From the human T2T-CHM13v2.0 reference genome, Homo sapiens: DNA of 64,000 bases. Below, in pieces: positions 21,390-45,824 of this stretch. The stretch lies in assembly GCF_009914755.1 (NCBI RefSeq), contig NC_060943.1; one strand, written 5' to 3'. The stretch's first letter is position 1. The number at the start of each line of letters is the position of its first letter. The translations under genes were made by a program, and so were the position numbers. Below the pieces are notes generated by a model. It worked only from the letters and a program-made list of their open reading frames with translations. It searched no databases and was not told the origin of the DNA.

Positions 21390-21949
21390 ACAAGACAGTT
21401 TTTAAGAACTAAATGCAGAGAGAGAGAACGCAGTGTCATGGGTGATCCCCAAGTTTCTGGCATGATAAACTGGGTGGATGGGGTTCCATGACCTCACCCC
21501 ATGGAAGAGATGTTTTGCAAAAAGTAGATTGGGGGATGGGTAGTCAATCTTGGACCTTGTAAGTTGTTGAAGGTACCTGTATTTGGGTAACTCATAGGCA
21601 TCTAGTGAGTCATTGACTAACTGGGTCTGGAGTTCAAGACAGGTCTTGAGGAGGACTCCTGAAAAGAAACTTAATCACCACAATTAACCTCATTGTGTGA
21701 CTTACCCAAGGCCATCCAGCAAAACGGCCAGAGAATTCTTCACAAACCTCTGTTTCTTCAGTGTGCTTCTGCTGGCTCAGGAAAGTCTGACTTTGTTGTC
21801 TCCGTTATAGGCCAATCATGGAATAAACTGAGATCCTGAGGTTTGTCTTGGTTCCCCTCCATAATTTGGACACGGGACATTCTTATCCTTGGCTTGGGTA
21901 ATTACAGTGACTTCATTGAGGCCAGTCTCCCTTTTTCTTTGTCTTCCAG

Positions 21950-22015
21950 GACATTCACCAGAAGATCCTGAAGCAACGATGACTGACCAAGGACCAAGCA
22001 AGGAAAAAGTGCCAG
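21950..22015 (+). CDS. NLRP5: NLRP5 exon 3 (RHSPEDPEATMTDQGPSKEKVP)
   Basis: cttccag|G acceptor, G|GTTAGA donor, 66 nt, phase 1-1. Confidence 0.93.
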
Positions 22016-22218
22016 GTTAGAGGGGTGGAGTTGGGGGAAATAGGATGTGCTTAAAGACACATGGCAGCCAGTTTGCATCTCTAGGCATTAGAACCATGAC
22101 TTCTGATAGTCTAGTGTTCTTTCTAGTCTAACTACCCTACATTAGCTGACTGGATGGGTTCTGAGGATCTGGTAATTCTGGTATTTCTCTTTCCAAGTTG
22201 AAGAGTTCTGTGGCCTGG

Positions 22219-22563
<345 letters not shown>

Positions 22564-23642
22564 TTACAACTTGAGGACTTCCCATCGTCTTCAGTTTGGG
22601 TAACCTTATGACCCCACTATGACAAGCTCCTCCCAATAACCCAGTAGGAGGCTTTGGTGGAAAGAATCAGATAGCATGAAACCAGATTCAATACAATTCC
22701 CCAAACATTAGAGCACTGACCTCATGCCAGCCACTGCTCTGCGTATTTACAATACATCGTTGGCCAAAGCATACGTGTTCATGAAATTCACACATTGTGG
22801 GACAGGAAAGACAAACCAAAAAACTAAGATGACACCAGGGAAGGCAAAACACACAGGGAGAAAGGCAGGCTGCATAGACACCATGAATTCTCCTCTGCTA
22901 CCTGCGCCGCTACCATCTTGCTCAGCTCCCAGCAGCCAGTGTTGACCGTGAAACCTAATCTGGTTTGGAAGGGGTTGAAGCCAACCTCGTTTTGATGGAG
23001 CTTTGCTCAGGCTGTGGGTGGGGAAAGAGCTCTTCAAAGCTAACATCTGAGTAACTGGCATCTGAATCAGAGGCTCTGAATCCCAAAGGTTCTACTTTGC
23101 TCAGAGTTTGATGTCAATCTAGGCTTCACCGGGTGAGTGTGACATGTTATCCTTCATGTGATAAGACTGCGTCTCAGAGGTTTTATAAGTTACCAAATGG
23201 TGGCTTAGAGCGTAAAATAAACACACAGAGTAACCTTGATAGTAGGACTGAAACAAACCTGACAAAAGCCGGGGGTCTTGCCATCAGCCACGTTAGGAGA
23301 TCCCTCTGAGCTGCTCCTGGACACGAGAACTACCACTTCTTGAGACCACGTGGATCACGCACCGTGCCAGTGCTTTAGTCCATGCTTCTCAATCCTCTGT
23401 GGTACTGGCTGTCGTTAGTCATGCAGCGAGACCCAGAAGCTCAATGCACACCAAAGTCTCACATGGTTAAATTGAGGCAAGGTGGGCTTGTGCCAGAAAG
23501 ACCTGACTGCAGGTGTTATCCACGTACAAAGATGAAGGCCATCAGAGACAGACGCTCTACCCTCAAGGAGCTTACATCATAGGGGATCACAGGCCTTCGT
23601 CGTTGCTCCTGATGGGCTGGGTATGGAAAGATGTCCCTCAAA

Positions 23643-23921
23643 GGCTGGGCGCGGTGGCTCACGCCTGTAATCCCAGCACTTTGGGAGGCCGAGGTGGGTG
23701 GATCACCTGAGGTCGGGAGTTCGAGACCAGTCTGACCAACATGGAGACACCCCATGTCTACTAAAAATACAGGAAAAAAAAAACTAGCCAGGCGTGGTGG
23801 CATGTGCCCGTAATCCTAGCTACTCAAGAGGCTGAGGCAGGAGAATCACTTGAACCCAGGAGGTAGAGGTTGTGGTGAGCCACTGCACTCCAGCCTGGGA
23901 AACAAGAGCTTAACTCTGTCT

Positions 23922-23959
<38 letters not shown>
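23643..23959 (+). mobile_element. Alu
   Basis: Alu consensus. Confidence 0.9.
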
Positions 23960-23964
<5 letters not shown>

Positions 23965-24009
23965 TTGAAACTAAGCCAACCCAATAAATGCAGTTTTTTT
24001 TTTATCAAG

Positions 24010-24720
24010 CTATAGAATCAAATGTGGTCCATGTATACAATAGTATATTATTTGGCATAAAAAGGAATGATGTGGCTGGACACAGTGACTCATACCTGTA
24101 ATCCCAGCACTTTGGGAGGCTGAGGCAGGCAGATTGCTCGAACCCAGGAGTTCGAGACCAACCTGGGCAATGTAGCAAGACCCGACGTCTACCAAAAGAA
24201 TTAAAATTAGCTGAGTGTGGGAGTGTGCACGTATAGTCCCAGCTACTTGGGAAGCTGAGGCAGGAGGATTGCTTGAGTCCAGGGGGGTTGAGGCTGCATT
24301 GAGCCATGATTGTGTCACTGCACTTCAGCCTGGGTGATAAAATGAGACTATGTCTTTAAAAAATATATATACACACATACACTAATGTATGCTACAAGAT
24401 GGATGGACCTTGAAGACACTAGGCTAAGTGAAGGAAACCATCACAAAAAGATATATATTGAATGATTCCATTCATATAAAATGTCTAGAATCGGCAAATC
24501 CATTTAAATACTAGATTAGTGGTTGCCTAGGGCTGGGGTGAATGGGGAAACTTAGAGGGTGAGGACTAAGAGGGCAGGGTTTTTCTCGTTGAGGGTGATT
24601 AAGATGTTCTAAAATTGTACTGATGGTTACAATGTGAATATTCTCAATCATGATTGCACACTTTCAATGGGTGAATTGTATGATTTGTGAAATTTATTTC
24701 TGTAAATCTATTACAAAACT
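24010..24720 (+). mobile_element. L1M 3' fragment with Alu (24074-24364) inserted
   Basis: L1MB/MC-like 3' end sequence. Confidence 0.7.
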
Positions 24721-24854
24721 CTAGAGAAGACAATAAGATACATCCATCCGAAGTCAGCATCGTACGTATGACGACTACAAAGCCCAGAGAGACAGATTTG
24801 CCCAAGGAAGATCAGCCAACAGAAAGCCTGATTTTTTTTTTCTTTCCAGACTGA

Positions 24855-25653
<799 letters not shown>

Positions 25654-26099
25654 TTTTTTTTTTTTTTTTTCCGGATAACTCGATGCAGGTTTACATATCG
25701 TAAAATCTTGAGAATACAATTCGAAAATTTATAAACATGAACCTATTACCATAATCCAGTCTTAGGACATTTCCATAACCCAAAAAAAAAAAAATCCTTC
25801 AGCAGAGACAACAAGATGGAGAAAATTGGCCTGTCTTACTTTTGCATAATTTGGAACGATCTTACAATTATTTTCCTTGGAACGATCTTACAATTATTTT
25901 CCCAGAACCTGATATTGTAATGAATGACACTTACAGACTTCTTTCAAGTGTTAAACTGCTGTTGCTTTCCTGGAATACCTGTGATATAAGCACCATTACA
26001 TACCTTTGATACACTTCTGATACAGTTTGCTGATAAGTCACTTCAAATTTGGCGTCTGTGTTTGAGTGAACTGGTCTGTAATCTCTTTATATACTTTCC

Positions 26100-28864
<2,765 letters not shown>

Positions 28865-28965
28865 TAACTATGGCATGACTAAGTTTATCTGGGGTGTCCA
28901 ACATCTCTGATTTGAATAATATACACAGTATGTTTGTGTTTATTCTTCTCCCTTCTCTTTTGCAG

Positions 28966-29022
28966 GAATTTCACAAGCTGTGCAACAAGATAGTGCCACA
29001 GCTGCAGAGACAAAAGAACAAG
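28966..29022 (+). CDS. NLRP5: NLRP5 exon 4, 19-aa hydrophilic repeat (GISQAVQQDSATAAETKEQ)
   Basis: tttgcag|G acceptor, AG|GTGAAT donor, 57 nt, phase 1-1. Confidence 0.93.
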
Positions 29023-29229
29023 GTGAATGAAATAGATCTATTCATTTGTTGCCCTCCTGGAAGAAAGTTGGGTGAGAGAAGTTCATGTAGTTCAAAGGAC
29101 GGGGAAATCCACTTTCCCTTTCTTCATCCTCATTTGTCTCTGGTGTGTGAGTCCCTCTTCCCTAAGAGATCTTGGGATCAGCACCATGGACAGAACCTTG
29201 CACGTTCACTACGATTATTTTCACTACAG

Positions 29230-31000
<1,771 letters not shown>

Positions 31001-32565
31001 ATAGCGTCACTATGTGCCTGGTCGTTTACACCAAAAGCTTAGTCGTTTTTTGCTCGTTTGTTTGTCTCACTCTGTCTCCCAGGATGGAGTGCGGTCGCGC
31101 AATCTTGGCTCACTGCAACCTCCACGTCCCAGGTTTAAGCAGTTCTTGTGCCTTGACTTCCTTAGTAGCTGTATTTTTTAATATTTATTTTCTCCACCAT
31201 ATATCTAGCAAATCAGAAGATCATATGGTCTCTACCCGTAATATATGACCCATTTTTACACAGTTCTTCCCATCTTCTGTATTTCTGTGGTGTATATACA
31301 CAATGGGTTATTGAAGGCATTTCATTTGCGTCCCAAACGCAATCCACTTTTACATACAATCAATTTTTCATACAATAACCAAGGCGATCTAAAAATTTAC
31401 GCCTGTAACTTGATTCCCATGCTTAAAAATCCTTAAGTGGTTTTTATTCTGTTTGTGATTTTAAAAAATCTATAATTTTTCTCTAATTGACAAGACAAAG
31501 ACCACCCTAATGATTGTTCTTTAAAATGGCAAATCTATTCTCATATATCCTAAGACGAATTTGTATTTAGCCTCACATGGTAACTATTTCCTGATAAATA
31601 TATATAGTGGTTATTCTCAGTCAGTGGTAGCTACTATATGCCAGAGGCTGTGTTATTACTCTACCAAATCATCTCCACAGCAACTCGACAACATAAGAAC
31701 AATTTCTTTGCTTTTCTAGATGAGCATACAGAAACATTTAACTTCAGTAACTTGATGAAGATCTTACAAATAGTTTATGACAACTCACATTTGAATCCTG
31801 TGTCTAATTCAAATCCAATTCTTTTTTTAAGAGAGAGAGTTTTGCTGTATTGCTGAGACTACAATGCAGTGGCTATCCACAAGCATGACCGTAGCTCACT
31901 ACAGCCTCAAACTGCTGGACTCAAGTGATTCTCCTGCCTCAGCCTCCCAAGTAGCTGGGACTACAGGCATGTACCACAAAATCTGGCTCTAAGATCCTAA
32001 GATCCTTAATTCTTAACTGTAGGTTTTGCCCCTCATTTAATTTTTGTATTCTTATTATTATTTTTGGAGTGCAGTGGCATGATCTCAGCTTACTGCAACC
32101 TCTGCCTCCAAAGTTCAAGTTACTCTCCTGCTTCAGCCTCCTGAGTAGCTGGGATTACAGGCACGTGCCACCATCCCTGGCTAACTTTTTGTATTTTTTA
32201 GTAGAGATGGGGTTTCATCATATTGGTCAGGCTGGCCTCGAACCCCTGACCTCTGGTGATCTGCCCGCCTCGGCCTCCCAAAGTGCTGGGATTACAGGTG
32301 CGAACGACCACGCCCAACCTACCCTTCATTTTAATAACTTGTGCAAGGCTCTTCAAGGAGAAATGAGCCTGGGACCCTCACCCTCAAGCTTTGAATTAGT
32401 GCTCATTGTACCAGTGCACTCTGTCTTCTAGCTGAGACAGTGGTTGCCATGTTTTCAACTGGCCAGAAAATAAATATGGCATGACTAAGCTTATCTTGGG
32501 GGTGTCTGACATCTCTGACTCAAATAATAAACACAAGTATGTTGGAATTCATTCTTCTTTTGCAG

Positions 32566-32622
32566 AAATTTCACAAGCTATGGAACAAGAAGGTGCCACA
32601 GCAGCAGAGACAGAAGAACAAG
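32566..32622 (+). CDS. NLRP5: NLRP5 exon 5, 19-aa repeat (EISQAMEQEGATAAETEEQ)
   Basis: tttgcag|AA acceptor, AG|GTGAGG donor, 57 nt. Confidence 0.93.
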
Positions 32623-33039
32623 GTGAGGAAAATAGATGTATTCCTTGGTTGCCCTCCTGGAAGAAAGTTGGGTGAAAGAAGTGTAAGTAGTTTAGATTTC
32701 AAGGGTATGTAGTTTAGATTGCCTTTCTTCATTCTCATTTGTCTCTGGTGTCAACCCCTTCCCTTCAAGCTCTTGATCAGTACCATGGATAGAGCTACGC
32801 AAGTTCACTGTGATTATCTACAGTCAGATACTATGAAGACAAAATTCTAAAGAACCCATAATTCTAGGGGACTCGAATCAATCACAACTTTGTTTGATGG
32901 ATGTTAAACATATGGCCAAGAGTAGTCAAATGCTGTCTTCAAACTTAAGTGGCAGTAATTATTTTTGTAATTCCTTCTATCAACTAATATGTACATGAAT
33001 ACCTGCCATTGAAGAATTGTGCTGGAATTACAGTGGTAA

Positions 33040-33367
<328 letters not shown>

Positions 33368-33598
33368 TAATAACTTGTGCAAGTCTCTTCAAGGAGAAAT
33401 GAGCCTAGGACCCTCACCCTCAAGCTTTGAATTAGTGCTCATTGTACCAGTGCACTCTGTCTTCTAGTTGAGCCGGTGGTTGTCATGTTTTCAACTGGCC
33501 AGAAAATAAATATGGCATGACTAAGCTTATCTTGGGGGTGTCTGACATCTCTGACTCGAATAATAAACACAAGTATGTTGGAATTCATTCTTTTGCAG

Positions 33599-33655
33599 AA
33601 ATTTCACAAGCTATGGAACAAGAAGGTGCCACAGCAGCAGAGACAGAAGAACAAG
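33599..33655 (+). CDS. NLRP5: NLRP5 exon 6, 19-aa repeat identical to exon 5
   Basis: Nucleotide-identical to exon 5, same splice dinucleotides. Confidence 0.92.
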
Positions 33656-34072
33656 GTGAGGAAAATAGATGTATTCCTTGGTTGCCCTCCTGGAAGAAAG
33701 TTGGGTGAAAGAAGTGTAAGTAGTTTAGATTTCAAGGGTATGTAGTTTAGATTGCCTTTCTTCAATCTCATTTGTCTCTGGTGTCAACCCCTTCCCTTCA
33801 AGCTCTTGATCAGTACCATGGATAGAGCTACGCAAGTTCACTGTGATTATCTACAGTCAGATACTATGAAGACAAAATTCTAAAGAACCCATAATTCTAG
33901 GGGACTCGAATCAATCACAACTTTGTTTGATGGATGTTAAACATATGGCCAAGAGTAGTCAAATGCTGTCTTCAAACTTAAGTGGTAGTAATTATTTTTG
34001 TAATTCCTTCTATCAACTAATATGTACATGAATACCTGCCATTGAAGAATTGTGCTGGAATTACAGTGGTAA

Positions 34073-34343
<271 letters not shown>

Positions 34344-34539
34344 TAGCCTCCCAAAGTGCTGGGATTACAGGCATTTGCCGCTGTGCCCAGCTGCCTTCAT
34401 GGCATTTATCATCCAGACTTACACATTAGCTAAACCTTATGGAATGAAGATGAGTCTAAAGTGCTATAACTTTGCAGGATGATGATTAAACAGCCAAAGA
34501 TGTAAGAGCAGGCTTCCCTGAGAAACTGTTGATTGAGGC

Positions 34540-35010
34540 TTTTTTGTTGAGATATAATTAGGATTTTATATACCATAAAGTTGACCCTCCTGAAGTATAT
34601 GATTCAATTATTTTTAGTCTATTCAGTTATCCAACTGTCATCACTAATTCCAAGACATTTTTTTTCTCCCAAAAAGAAACCCCATACCCCTTTGCAGTCA
34701 CCAGTTTCCTCTCCCTCAAAACTCTGGACAACCACTAATCTACTTTGTATCTCTAAACTCTCCGATTCCAGATCGGTCATGTAGATGGAATCATATGATA
34801 TGTAGTTTTCTGTGACTGGCCATGTTTCACTTGGCATAAAGTTCCAAAGCCCGTGTTCCAGTGTCTATCAGCACTTCGTTTTTGTTGCTGAATAATATTC
34901 CATTGTATGGAAAGACCCCATTTTCTTCATCTGTTGTTCAGTTCATGGGAATTTGGCTTTTTTCTCACTTTGGGGCTGTTAACAGTGTTCCCTGAACACT
35001 CATGTCCTAG
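34540..35010 (-). mobile_element. L1M 3' fragment
   Basis: L1MB-like 3'UTR. Confidence 0.65.
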
Positions 35011-35427
35011 GAGGCAGTGATGGAAAGAAGTGACTTGACTAGCATGAGATATTGAAGATATAAAGCTAACTGGAATTGGTGATTGGCAGAGTTCTGAAAA
35101 AAGGGGCTCTGGGAATTGCTCTCACCTTTCTTCTGGAACGATCTGGTGGGTGGTGATGCCAGGAGTCAGTGACTAACATTTTGAGCTCTGAGACAGCTTC
35201 AAGCTGGGCTATTATCCCACCTGTGCAATGTAATGTTGATCCTGTGTGAGCTACATAATCATTCACTCAACCAATATTTGAAAAACTAATGGTTGCCAGT
35301 GTTGTCAACTTTAAATTGGGACGAATAATATACACAAATATCGGTGACATTTTTAGAATAATTACTCTGGTCTAGGCACTGTTCTCCACATTTTGATTGT
35401 CAAGACACCTTCACGCTAACCTAGTAA

Positions 35428-36246
<819 letters not shown>

Positions 36247-36622
36247 GAGACAAAAGATGAGTTTTTGATGCTTTGAATTTGAGGCCCTGTGACCCCTTAA
36301 AGGGGCGAGTTAGACACACAAGTCTGGAATTTTAGGAAAGAAGCCCTCACGAAGGAGAGGATGGGAACCCTGAAGTATAAACGTGATAATTAAATCCATA
36401 GAAAAAGAGGTGTTTGAGGAAGAACTGAGGGAGGCCTGAGTTTGAATGCAGACTGGCTTCCTGGGGTTTCCCTCCCTCTGTAAAAACCTACATTCCAGTG
36501 GCACTGCCAGTCCTCTGAGGACAACAGGTCGGTCTGAGCTCAGCAAATAGAGGTTCTAGTCTTAAGGTGTGCTTCCCGTGGTTTCAACACGGCTCTGTTA
36601 ACACGTCCCCTGATGTGGACGA

Positions 36623-37038
36623 CAGACGGCCCTCCGTTTCCCATGGGTTCTGTGTCCATGGATTCAACTAACCATCGATCAAAAATATTCAGGAAAACTC
36701 CACAAAGTTCCAAAAAGCGAAATCCGAATTTGCTACATGCTGAGCGGTGCGTTGAGTCCACACAAATTGAAGCGATGTGTAGACATCGTGTTAGATATTA
36801 TAAGTAGCCTAGAGATGACTTAACCTACGTGGGAAGAATCCACACAAATGAAGCAATGTGTAGACATCGTGTTAGATATTATAAGCAGCCTAGAGATGAC
36901 TTAAACTACATGGGAGGATGTGCGTAGGTTATATGCAGTTATACCATTTTATATCAGGGACTTGAGTATCTGGAGATTTTGATGTCATTTGGGGATGTCC
37001 TGGAACCCATCTTGGACTGATTCAGAGGATACAACTAC
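36623..37038. mobile_element. TcMar-Tigger (Tigger3/MER7-like) DNA transposon
   Basis: ggccctccgt...ggattcaactaacc...tcctggaacc termini; internal 82-bp duplication. Confidence 0.7.
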
Positions 37039-37189
37039 AATGAAGTGTAAGTTCTAGAATTTTTATGTGGAGACTTTGCATACAGTTAGTAATTGTATTA
37101 CACATTTGTGCAGAGAGACTCTTGCTGCCTTTTTAAGGTAAATAGTAGTACCAGTAAACTTAAGGTCCCAGGATATGAATCTTTTTCAC

Positions 37190-37310
37190 GTTCATTGAGT
37201 ACCTATCAGATATCAGAGGCTGAAGAGGCTGGAACTATTGAGGCAAAAAGACAAGGTATTTTTCTCATGGAGCTTACATTATAAGCTAGGGGGCTGACAA
37301 AAACTAAATG
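37190..37310 (-). mobile_element. L2 3' remnant
   Basis: attgagtaccta...ctcatggagcttacatt hallmark. Confidence 0.6.
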
Positions 37311-37442
37311 CATAAAAGAGTTGAAGTTTGTGATAAATGTCAGGTGGTATAAAATAATTATAGTTTGTGATAAGTTTCATTTTTTCACATTTTCAGGCCC
37401 TGTGCTAATGTTGAATGCATATTCTTAAATCTTTATCAGGTG

Positions 37443-38036
<594 letters not shown>

Positions 38037-38055
38037 TCATACAGATGCTCTACAG

Positions 38056-38555
38056 CAGGGGTCCCCAACCCCCAGGCCATGGACTTGTAGGGTGGCCTCT
38101 TAGGAACCAGGCAGTATAGCAGGAGGGAGCAAAGCTTCATCTGTATTTACAGCTGCTCCCCATGACTCATGTTACCACCTGAGCTCTGCCTCCTGTCAGA
38201 TCGGATGTGGCATTTGGTTCTTCCAGGAGCATGAGCCCTATTGTGAACTGCACATGTGAGGGATCTGGGTTGCGTGCTTCTTATGAGAATCTAATGCCTG
38301 ATGATCTGTCAGTGTCTCCATCACCCCCAGATGGGACCATCTAGTTGTAGGAAAACAAGCTCAGGCTCCCACTGATCCTACATTATGGTGAGTTGTATGA
38401 TTATTTCATTATATATTACAATGTAATCATAATAAAGTGCACAATAAACATAATGTGCTTGAGTCATCTCAAAACCACCCCCTTCCACCCCGGTGTGTGG
38501 AAAAATTGTCTTCCACAAAACCGGTCCCTGGTGCCAAAAAGGTTGGGGATCACTG
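38056..38555. mobile_element. hAT-Charlie MER1A-like DNA transposon
   Basis: TIRs caggggtccccaacc / ggttggggatcactg; 8-bp TSD ctctacag/ctctaccg. Confidence 0.85.
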
Positions 38556-38643
38556 CTCTACCGTAGAGCTTGGGTTCCAGGCGGGATCTGTTTGACCTCA
38601 AGGAACGTGCTCCGTTCTCTCTCTCTCTCTCTCTGTCTCTCTG

Positions 38644-38939
38644 TTTTTTTTTGAGATGGAGTCTTGCTCTGTCGCCCAGTCTGGAGTGCAGTGGCACAAT
38701 CTTGGCTCGCTGCAAGCTCCACCTTCTGCGTTCATGACTTTCTCCTGCCTCAGCCTCCCGAGTAGCTGGCATTACAGGCGCCCGCCAACATGTCTGGCTA
38801 ACTTTTTTTTTTCGTATTTTTAGTAGAGACGGGGTTTCACTGTGTTAGCCAGGATGGTCTCAATCTCCTGACCTTGTGATCCACATGCCTCAGCCTCCCA
38901 AAGTGCTGGGATTACAGGGGTGAGCCAGCACATCCGGCC
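38644..38939 (-). mobile_element. Alu
   Basis: Antisense Alu consensus. Confidence 0.9.
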
Positions 38940-39476
38940 ATTCCCCTCTTTATGTACAGCAGGATTCCCCCATTGCGTGGGGGAAACCAAGGGATGGAAC
39001 AGGAGGGGCACACCTGTCCTACAGGTGTAGAACTTGGGGCCATGGTACATGCATCCGTGGCTCCCTCAAGTTCCCCTCCCCCTCCCCAAGGCCACTTATG
39101 TTGGCATACATCATTCATTTAACAAATACTTGATTTCCCACAGAGTGCCAGGCACTGTCATAAATACTGAAGGTCCAAGAGTGAGTAAGAAAGTCCATGT
39201 TTAGATTCTACGGGGGGAGACCATCAGCAAATACAGCGTAACCCATCAGGTCCCCAGTGCAAAAAGGGACATCGGGTTGAACAAGGGAAGCAGAGCTATT
39301 TTGTAGATTGTTACGAAGCTTTTGAGGCCTTTAAAGTAGGGAACGAAGAGTGAGCATGTTCTCAGCACCTGGCTAGGAAGAAACAAGACCCATGTCTGGA
39401 GGCTGACTCAGGCCCCACTGATGCTCGGTCCAGGGTTTCTGTGAGGTATATTTTTACTAAAATTCAGATTGGCTTC

Positions 39477-40108
<632 letters not shown>

Positions 40109-40146
40109 CTGTTTCCTGATTTTCATTCTACCCTCTCTGACTCCAG

Positions 40147-41743
40147 GACATGGAGGTGACACATGGGACTACAAGAGTCACGTGATGACCAAATTCGCTG
40201 AGGAGGAGGATGTACGTCGTAGTTTTGAAAACACTGCTGCTGACTGGCCGGAAATGCAAACGTTGGCTGGTGCTTTTGATTCAGACCGGTGGGGCTTCCG
40301 GCCTCGCACGGTGGTTCTGCACGGAAAGTCAGGAATTGGGAAATCGGCTCTAGCCAGAAGGATCGTGCTGTGCTGGGCGCAAGGTGGACTCTACCAGGGA
40401 ATGTTCTCCTACGTCTTCTTCCTCCCCGTTAGAGAGATGCAGCGGAAGAAGGAGAGCAGTGTCACAGAGTTCATCTCCAGGGAGTGGCCAGACTCCCAGG
40501 CTCCGGTGACGGAGATCATGTCCCGACCAGAAAGGCTGTTGTTCATCATTGACGGTTTCGATGACCTGGGCTCTGTCCTCAACAATGACACAAAGCTCTG
40601 CAAAGACTGGGCTGAGAAGCAGCCTCCGTTCACCCTCATACGCAGTCTGCTGAGGAAGGTCCTGCTCCCTGAGTCCTTCCTGATCGTCACCGTCAGAGAC
40701 GTGGGCACAGAGAAGCTCAAGTCAGAGGTCGTGTCTCCCCGTTACCTGTTAGTTAGAGGAATCTCCGGGGAACAAAGAATCCACTTGCTCCTTGAGCGCG
40801 GGATTGGTGAGCATCAGAAGACACAAGGGTTGCGTGCGATCATGAACAACCGTGAGCTGCTCGACCAGTGCCAGGTGCCCGCCGTGGGCTCTCTCATCTG
40901 CGTGGCCCTGCAGCTGCAGGACGTGGTGGGGGAGAGCGTCGCCCCCTTCAACCAAACGCTCACAGGCCTGCACGCCGCTTTTGTGTTTCATCAGCTCACC
41001 CCTCGAGGCGTGGTCCGGCGCTGTCTCAATCTGGAGGAAAGAGTTGTCCTGAAGCGCTTCTGCCGTATGGCTGTGGAGGGAGTGTGGAATAGGAAGTCAG
41101 TGTTTGATGGTGACGACCTCATGGTTCAAGGACTCGGGGAGTCTGAGCTCCGTGCTCTGTTTCACATGAACATCCTTCTCCCAGACAGCCACTGTGAGGA
41201 GTACTACACCTTCTTCCACCTCAGTCTCCAGGACTTCTGTGCCGCCTTGTACTACGTGTTAGAGGGCCTGGAAATCGAGCCAGCTCTCTGCCCTCTGTAC
41301 GTTGAGAAGACAAAGAGGTCCATGGAGCTTAAACAGGCAGGCTTCCATATCCACTCGCTTTGGATGAAGCGTTTCTTGTTTGGCCTCGTGAGCGAAGACG
41401 TAAGGAGGCCACTGGAGGTCCTGCTGGGCTGTCCCGTTCCCCTGGGGGTGAAGCAGAAGCTTCTGCACTGGGTCTCTCTGTTGGGTCAGCAGCCTAATGC
41501 CACCACCCCAGGAGACACCCTGGACGCCTTCCACTGTCTTTTCGAGACTCAAGACAAAGAGTTTGTTCGCTTGGCATTAAACAGCTTCCAAGAAGTGTGG
41601 CTTCCGATTAACCAGAACCTGGACTTGATAGCATCTTCCTTCTGCCTCCAGCACTGTCCGTATTTGCGGAAAATTCGGGTGGATGTCAAAGGGATCTTCC
41701 CAAGAGATGAGTCCGCTGAGGCATGTCCTGTGGTCCCTCTATG
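40147..41743 (+). CDS. NLRP5: NLRP5 exon 7, NACHT/NAD domain
   Basis: 521-aa ORF; Walker A GKSGIGKS (40323-40346), Walker B LLFIIDGFDDL, WHD FFHLSLQDF; ctccag|G acceptor, TG|GTGAGT donor. Confidence 0.98.
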
Positions 41744-41984
41744 GTGAGTACCCCAGGCAGTTTTATCCTATGCCGTGTGCTGAGCTCTGTGTCTCTACTG
41801 CTGGGACTTGACATGACTTCCAGGAACTTCAAGGTCCCAGAGAATTCTTTCAGGATGAATGGCCCAGATGACGTCCAGCTGGCTAAAATGCCAGGACCGG
41901 AATCTGGCTCATTGTCCACACCTGGGAAAGGTCTTTCACAATACAGGGCCCCGCCTAAGACTAAAGGAAAGGCTCTGGGGTTGA

Positions 41985-42850
<866 letters not shown>

Positions 42851-43006
42851 CTAGAAAACACACTTTGCTGGACTGTCTCAGTGTCATCCTCCTATGACCC
42901 AGAACACAGCAGTGACGAATGTGGACAGGCTGGGTGGACGAGGATTACTTGAGGCCAGGTTTTTGAGACCAGCCTGGGCAACAAAGTAAGACCCTGTCTG
43001 TGGACA

Positions 43007-43616
<610 letters not shown>

Positions 43617-43857
43617 TCACATGGAAGAGGTCTGGCACAGCACCTGCTGTGTGCTAAGGCCTTGATAACAGGGCAGCTACCTTTGGTTGGAAAACAAGTA
43701 CAAATGCTTGCTTTTTAGGAGGTGAGCTCATGTCAGTGCAGAAAGAAAGAACAGCTTGCCCGTTACTTTGTTCTTTCCACAGCCAAGAGGAGTCACAGCC
43801 TGGGCAATTTTCCTGTAGATTGGCTGAAAACGTGCGCAGCCACAGGCTAAGCACTGA

Positions 43858-44249
<392 letters not shown>

Positions 44250-44369
44250 TCTATTTTTCTTTTATTCTTGAGGGCAAACCCATGAGGTTAGCTCCCTGTT
44301 CACAAACGTGGGAAGGTATAAACTCAGACAGGAGATGATTGCCAGTGGACGGGAGACTAATTGCTCCAA

Positions 44370-45240
<871 letters not shown>

Positions 45241-45272
45241 TGGGGCTGGAATTGAAGCAAAGATCTGATGCA

Positions 45273-45665
<393 letters not shown>

Positions 45666-45824
45666 TCATGCAAAGTGTGATGGCAGCCGCTAAGTTGCCT
45701 CAGGGCCTCTAAAGCCACCGTGGTCTCACCTCGAGAGCTCGGTCCCTCTCCTCCGACGTGTTGCCACGACTGCTCATGTTAAACTCCATCCCATGAGCCC
45801 ATGTTTCTATCCCCCCTGACATAG

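Noticed and set aside
37210-37255. Apparent fourth linker-repeat exon (ISEAEEAGTIEAKRQ|G) with cag/gt ends
   Set aside because: 46 nt and phase 0-1, so it would shift frame; no polypyrimidine tract; flanks are not homologous to exons 4-6; sequence matches an L2 3' end, so the similarity is probably chance
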